Shown in pieces: positions 27,831-32,189 of a stretch of DNA of 32,189 nt. The DNA comes from Candidatus Limnocylindria bacterium. GTDB lineage: Bacteria > Chloroflexota > Limnocylindria > P2-11E. Each line of letters opens with the position of its first letter. Position 1 is the stretch's first letter. The translations under genes and the position numbers were made by a program. The notes under the pieces are model-generated. The model had not been told where the DNA came from and ran no database searches. It saw nothing but the letters and a program-made list of their open reading frames with translations. Location of the stretch: the NCBI GenBank assembly GCA_035281485.1, contig DATEDV010000277.1:1-32189 (forward strand), read 5' to 3'.

Positions 27831-29042
27831 CTAAGCCTCCGCGGGCGCGATCTCCACGACGGCGGGTGCGGGCGCGCGCACGAGCTGCGCCAGCACCAGG
27901 GCGCCGGTCGTCATGAGAAGAGTGCCGAGGACGAGCACCACCTGCGGCGACACCATGCCGAGGAACGCGGCCGCGACGAACGGCGCGGCCGTGCCGCGGA
28001 CGCCGAGGAGGAACGCGTTCGCCGCCGCGTACTCGCCGATCCGATCGCGCGGCGCCATGTGGACGATGTTCGTGAAGCCCGTCAGCTCCCCGCTCGCCAC
28101 GACGACGCCGGTGATGATGGCCACCGGCACGAGTGCCCAGATGTCCGGCGCGATGAGATAGCCGATCGGCACGAGGAGCGTGAGGAGCGTGGCGATCAGC
28201 GTGAGGCGCAGCGTCGAGCCGCGGTCGATGAGCCGTCCGAACACCGGGTACGCCACGATGAGCGTGGCCGATTGCACGACCGCGAGCGTCCCGACGAACG
28301 AGCTCGACGCGTCGAAGTGGTCCACGAGCATGATCGGGAAGACCGCGAAGTTCATCAGGTTCCCCGTGCCGAACACGCTGAACGCGAGCATGAGCTTGCG
28401 GTAGCGGTGGTCGGCCCAGACGTCGCGCGCGATCTCGAGGGCGGGGCGGCGTGCGGGTGGTGTGGCCGGTCCGTCGTACCGGATCGCGAAGAACGCAGCG
28501 GCGCACGGGAGCCCCACGAGCGCGGCCGCCGCGAATACCCACTGGGCGGGCACCGCGTCGATGAAGCTGCCGGCCAGAGCGGCGGAGGCGATCCCGGCGA
28601 TCGACGCGCCGACCCGCACGTTGCCCATCGCGAACGCGCGCTCGCGGTCCGGATAGATGGCCTGCATGAGCGCGGTGTAGGCGGCGATGTTCGAGACGGC
28701 GATCACCCAGAACACGGCGGTCGTGACCGCCAGCGCGAACGGCGTCACGGCGATCAGCACGCTGACCAGGAACACCGCCCGGGAGAGCGTCGCGGCGCCG
28801 GCGACGACGCGCACGACCGGGAACTGGGCGAGGAGGTAGGCGAAGATCGGCGAGAGGAGCATGCCGATGAACGGGCCGGCCACGACGATCGCGACGTCCG
28901 TCGTCGTGCCGCCCATGCGCCGGACGACCACCGGCATGAACGCGACGAGGACCGAGACGAACGCTCCCGCGCCGAGCGCGCTCGCAAGGTCGATCCGGAA
29001 GTTGCGGCGGACGCGCGCGGGCAGCCAGTTCGGGTCGGTCAC
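27831..29042 (-). CDS. MFS transporter (12-TMS type)
   Basis: 403 aa and about 12 hydrophobic segments, with a GTG start. No substrate can be inferred. Confidence 0.85.
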   Translation of the reverse strand: MTDPNWLPARVRRNFRIDLASALGAGAFVSVLVAFMPVVVRRMGGTTTDVAIVVAGPFIGMLLSPIFAYLLAQFPVVRVVAGAATLSRAVFLVSVLIAVTPFALAVTTAVFWVIAVSNIAAYTALMQAIYPDRERAFAMGNVRVGASIAGIASAALAGSFIDAVPAQWVFAAAALVGLPCAAAFFAIRYDGPATPPARRPALEIARDVWADHRYRKLMLAFSVFGTGNLMNFAVFPIMLVDHFDASSSFVGTLAVVQSATLIVAYPVFGRLIDRGSTLRLTLIATLLTLLVPIGYLIAPDIWALVPVAIITGVVVASGELTGFTNIVHMAPRDRIGEYAAANAFLLGVRGTAAPFVAAAFLGMVSPQVVLVLGTLLMTTGALVLAQLVRAPAPAVVEIAPAEA

Positions 29043-29090
29043 GGCAAGGAAGCTAACGGCCGCTACTGCGCTACGTCACCGTCTCCTGCG

Positions 29091-29978
29091 TCACGGACCG
29101 CGTTCGGGACGAGGTCGATAGCCGCCCGGGCGCGGCCCGTAGCCGCGGCGCGGACCGTAGCCGCCGCCGGCCGGTCGCGCTCCGTAGCCGCCGGGCCGGG
29201 GCCCGCTCTCGCGGAACGGCCCGCGCGCGCCTGGCGCGGTCGAGCTGATGACCACGCGGCGGTTGGGCTCCATGCCCACCGACTCGGTCTTCAGCCCCGT
29301 CTGGCCCTGCACGGCGAGATGAACGATCCGCCGCTCGTACGCGAGCATCGGCTCGAGCGTGACGGCCTGCCCGCTGGCGCGCACGCGTGACGCGACACGC
29401 TGGGCGACCTCGCGAAGCTGCTCCTCGCGCCGGCGCCGGTAACCCTCGACGTCGACCGGCACGTGCACGGAGCGGCCGACCTTCTTGGACGTGATCGCGC
29501 TCACGATCTGCTGCAGCGCGACGAGATTCTCGCCGCCGCGACCGATCAGAGCGCCGAGGTCGGGACCGAGGACGTCGACGCCCTCGAGGCCGGGGCGATC
29601 CTCCAAACTCACCTCGGCGTCGATGCCCATCGCCTCGAGCAGCTCGCGTAGGACGGTCGAGCCCAGCGCGAGCTCCTCGGCGTACGCAGGCGGCGCCTCG
29701 TCGCCCTCGTCCTCGCGCTCGACGCGCACGGCATCCGGACGGCGTGGGACCTCCGCCTCGTCTATCACGGGCTCGGTCTCGGCGGGACGCTCGTCTTCCT
29801 GGAACGACAGCAGCACGCGCGCGTCCTCGCCGCCCATTCCGAGCACGTTCGCGGGCTTGCCCTTCTCGAGCACCTCGATGTCGACCTCGGTGCGTTTCCG
29901 GCCGAGCGCGCGCAGTCCGCGCTCGATCGCCTCTTCCACGGTGCGACCCGTGAACTCCTCACCCCGCAGTGGGCTCAT
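29091..29978 (-). CDS. jag: Jag/KhpB (EloR)-type RNA-binding protein: Jag_N, KH and R3H domains plus a Gly/Arg/Pro-rich tail
   Basis: N-terminus (FTGRTVEEAIERGLRALG...VEVLEKGK), KH-like GRGGENLVALQQI and R3H (EPMLAYERRIVHLAV). The ATG overlaps the yidC stop (ATGA). Confidence 0.9.
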   Translation of the reverse strand: MSPLRGEEFTGRTVEEAIERGLRALGRKRTEVDIEVLEKGKPANVLGMGGEDARVLLSFQEDERPAETEPVIDEAEVPRRPDAVRVEREDEGDEAPPAYAEELALGSTVLRELLEAMGIDAEVSLEDRPGLEGVDVLGPDLGALIGRGGENLVALQQIVSAITSKKVGRSVHVPVDVEGYRRRREEQLREVAQRVASRVRASGQAVTLEPMLAYERRIVHLAVQGQTGLKTESVGMEPNRRVVISSTAPGARGPFRESGPRPGGYGARPAGGGYGPRRGYGPRPGGYRPRPERGP

Positions 29979-30937
29979 CGCTTTCCCCTCCTCCGTCCGC
30001 GCCGCCGCCCGCCGCCGTTGCTCCTGCCGGTGGCCGCCGCGGACTCCTCGCGATCTTCCGACCGGTCCTTCTCCGCCATGTCCTCGCGCGCCTCGACGAT
30101 CGCGGCCTGCTCACGACGATGCAGCTCGCGGTCCGCAGGCGTTGGGACGCCCCGCAGGAACGGCAGGTACTTCGGCAGCTGTCCCCAGCCGCTCACGAAG
30201 TACTGCTGGACGATCTGGAACACCGTGGTCGTGATCCAGTAGAGCGCCAGACCCGCGGGGAACGTCGCGCCGAAGAAGACGGTCATGATCGGGAACGTGT
30301 AGACCATCGACTGCATCATTCGCTGGCTCGGATCGTCGGTCTGCACCTGCTTCGCCGGCAGCGCCATGATCGACGCGACCAGCTGCACCGCGCCCGCGAC
30401 GAACGCGAGGACGAGGTCGGGCTTCTGCAGACCGGCGGTGATCCAGGGGAGCCAGTGCGCGGTCGTGTCGAGCGACGCGCCCGACGGCACCGGATTCGGG
30501 AGGAACGGATAGAGGAAGCTGTCGATCATCTGGCTCGTGAGGCCGGGGCACTCGTTGTTCGGCGGCGGACCCAGGCCGCAGCCGAGCTGCAGCAGCGCGT
30601 TGTAGAGCGCGATGAGCAGCGGCATCTGTAGGAGCAGCGGGAGGCAGCCCGCGGCGGGATTCACGCCCCGCTCGCGGTAGAGCTTCATCTGCTCCTCGGC
30701 GAATTTCTGGCGGTCCTTCCCGTACTTCTTCTTGAGCTCCGCCATCGCCGGCGCGACCTCCTGCATCGCGCGCTGCGAGCGGATCTGCGTGACGTAGAGC
30801 GGATAGAGCGCGAGCCGGATCAGGATGGTCACGAAGACGATCGCGAAGCCGAAGTCACGCGTGAGCGAGTAGCCGAAGACGGTCAGGTTCATCACCGGAT
30901 GCACGAGGAGCGCGTTCCAGATGCCGGTGATGTCCAT
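29975..30937 (-). CDS. yidC: Membrane protein insertase YidC (short, Gram-positive-like form)
   Basis: Conserved YidC core (AIVFVTILIRLALYPL, MQEVAPAMAELKKKYG, GCLPLLLQMPLLIALY, LALYWITTTVFQIVQQ) and a basic C-terminal tail. Confidence 0.93.
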   Translation of the reverse strand: MDITGIWNALLVHPVMNLTVFGYSLTRDFGFAIVFVTILIRLALYPLYVTQIRSQRAMQEVAPAMAELKKKYGKDRQKFAEEQMKLYRERGVNPAAGCLPLLLQMPLLIALYNALLQLGCGLGPPPNNECPGLTSQMIDSFLYPFLPNPVPSGASLDTTAHWLPWITAGLQKPDLVLAFVAGAVQLVASIMALPAKQVQTDDPSQRMMQSMVYTFPIMTVFFGATFPAGLALYWITTTVFQIVQQYFVSGWGQLPKYLPFLRGVPTPADRELHRREQAAIVEAREDMAEKDRSEDREESAAATGRSNGGGRRRGRRRGKR

Positions 30938-31152
30938 CAGTGCTCCGGCACGGGGTCATAGCCGCCGCGGCTGAGCGGGTTGCACGACACCAGGCGACGT
31001 GTGGCGAGCCACGCGCCACGGAGCACGCCGTGCCGCTCGATCGCCTCCATCGCGTACTCGGAGCAGGTCGGGGTGTAGCGGCATGCGGCCGGCAGGTGCG
31101 GGCTGACCTGGCTCTTGTAGAAACGCAGCGCTGACAGGGCGAGCGTCTTCAT
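30937..31152 (-). CDS. yidD: Membrane protein insertion efficiency factor YidD
   Basis: 71 aa from ATG 31152 ([18 protein letters not shown]...[19 protein letters not shown]). The ATG overlaps the rnpA stop as ATGA. The upstream 44 codons of the track ORF are Arg-rich overlap with rnpA. Confidence 0.88.
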   Translation of the reverse strand: MKTLALSALRFYKSQVSPHLPAACRYTPTCSEYAMEAIERHGVLRGAWLATRRLVSCNPLSRGGYDPVPEH

Positions 31153-31490
31153 GCGGTCCGCGCGCGCCCCGTACCGAGCGCGGCGCTCGCGGCGGCGCGC
31201 AGCGCGGGGAAGTCGGCCGTGAGGGCGTCGCGTCGAACGATCACGACGACGTCCTGACCGCCCGTTCCGTCGGCCGCGGCGCACGCCTGCCGGAAGGCCT
31301 CGCGCACGCGGCGTCGCGCGCGGTTGCGGATGGTGGATATGCCGACCGTACGCGGTGCGGACACCGCGAGGCGCACGACGTTCAGATCGTTCGGCCGCAG
31401 CTTCGCTACGAATGCCGCATCGCGCACGCCGCGACCCATCCTTCGCACCGCTGCGATATCTGTGGATCGCCGCAGCCGCGCGGCGTTCAT
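31149..31490 (-). CDS. rnpA: RNase P protein component
   Basis: 113 aa, basic, with an RNR-like motif ([16 protein letters not shown]). It holds the canonical position between rpmH and yidD. Confidence 0.88.
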   Translation of the reverse strand: MNAARLRRSTDIAAVRRMGRGVRDAAFVAKLRPNDLNVVRLAVSAPRTVGISTIRNRARRRVREAFRQACAAADGTGGQDVVVIVRRDALTADFPALRAAASAALGTGRARTA

Positions 31491-31504
31491 GTCAGCGAGG
31501 TCGT

Positions 31505-31642
31505 TCAGGCGACGGTCAGGCGCTTCCGTCCACGCGCGCGACGCGCCGCGAGCACTTTACGGCCGCCTGTCGTCTTCATCCGCGCGCGGAAACCGTGCAC
31601 TCGCGCGCGACGACGCGTCTTCGGCTGATACGTGCGCTTCAC
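31505..31642 (-). CDS. rpmH: 50S ribosomal protein L34
   Basis: Not in the ORF track because it is under 60 aa. The minus strand reads GTG AAG CGC ACG TAT CAG CCG..., giving [45 protein letters not shown] then stop. GGAGAAGGGA lies upstream. Confidence 0.93.
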   Translation of the reverse strand: MKRTYQPKTRRRARVHGFRARMKTTGGRKVLAARRARGRKRLTVA

Positions 31643-31853
31643 GAAGTGTCCCTTCTCCCCCGAAAGAAATGGACGAACGAGTGATCAATGGATATGTGCT
31701 GTGTGTGCGAGAAAGTCTAGCAGTGTGACTGTGATACTGTTCCGTGGCTTCCAGCGGGCGGGTCTTCCGTGTCTTCGCGTTCGGTGTGGCGGCATCTCGC
31801 GCGATCGTGTTGTGGGGAGCGTCGTTGTGTTCGAGCGCAGAGAAGGGGAGCCC

Positions 31854-32189
31854 GTGAACCTCAAGCAGCTCTGGCACGCGGCCCTCGGCGAGCTGCAGCT
31901 CGGACTCACCAAGGCGAACTACGACACCTGGTTCAAGGACACCACGGTCATCTCCGAAGAGGACGACGTCTACTGCGTTGGCGTCCCCAACGCCTTCGCG
32001 CGTGAGTGGCTCGAGAACAAATACCGGCAGCAGGTGCGAGATGCCCTGCGCCACCTGGTCGGCCGCACCGTCGACGTGCGCTTCGTCACGCTCACCGCGG
32101 CATCGGTGCGTGCGGACCGGCCGGTGGCGGCCTCCGGCCCGTCCCAGCCCGCGCAGGGCGGCCCTGTCGCGGCCCCGGCCGCGCAGGAG
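31854..32189 (+). CDS. dnaA: Chromosomal replication initiator DnaA (N-terminal 112 codons, truncated by window end)
   Basis: GTG 31854 is preceded by GAAGGGGAG. The translation (VNLKQLWHAALGELQLGLTKANYDTWFKDTTVISEEDDVYCVGVPNAFAREWLENKYRQQV...) matches DnaA domain I. A Pro/Ala-rich linker follows. The frame stays open to the last base. Confidence 0.85.
   Translation, partial: MNLKQLWHAALGELQLGLTKANYDTWFKDTTVISEEDDVYCVGVPNAFAREWLENKYRQQVRDALRHLVGRTVDVRFVTLTAASVRADRPVAASGPSQPAQGGPVAAPAAQE

Noticed and set aside
31461-31469. TGTGGATCG, the best DnaA-box-like 9-mer near dnaA
   Set aside because: It matches only 7 of 9 positions, is a single copy, and lies inside the rnpA coding sequence. It is not evidence for oriC.

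Overview
High-GC (roughly 70%) bacterial chromosome segment from the replication-origin neighbourhood, almost entirely core housekeeping genes. Layout, left to right:
- Minus strand: comEC (partial), comEA, orf135 and leuS, preceded by a T-box leader and tRNA-Ala(GGC).
- A DUF402 gene (plus), then the minus-strand mreD-mrdA-rodA operon.
- A tightly packed plus-strand array: parS, parA, parB, gyrB, a hotdog thioesterase and gyrA. GyrA is interrupted by a 157-aa mini-intein.
- ftsE-ftsX-M23 peptidase, then a leader with a strong intrinsic terminator just upstream of smpB.
- Small accessory-like genes: Zn-ribbon ORF, MarR, DHA2 MFS pump, EamA, PRC-barrel protein, a basic-tailed protein, an LMF1-like protein and an alpha/beta hydrolase.
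- tmRNA (ssrA), an SGNH lipoprotein and a second MFS transporter.
- The classical rpmH-rnpA-yidD-yidC-jag operon (minus) diverging from dnaA (plus, truncated at the window end).

I see no CRISPR array, transposase, integrase, toxin-antitoxin pair or recognisable defence system. I cannot support a claim of a novel multi-gene system.

The items most worth a second look are:
- the GyrA mini-intein at a G|S junction upstream of the catalytic Tyr;
- the parAB-gyrB-thioesterase-gyrA fusion, which points toward dnaA;
- the uORF, SD-like repeats and terminator leader in front of smpB;
- the T-box leader that starts directly after a tRNA gene and has an atypically short Stem I;
- a ParB with GHRR instead of GERR;
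- an LMF1-like gene flanked by two lipase-type hydrolases;
- a tmRNA tag frame with no in-frame Ala resume codon.

Many long ORFs in the supplied track are antisense shadow ORFs typical of high-GC DNA and were not called.
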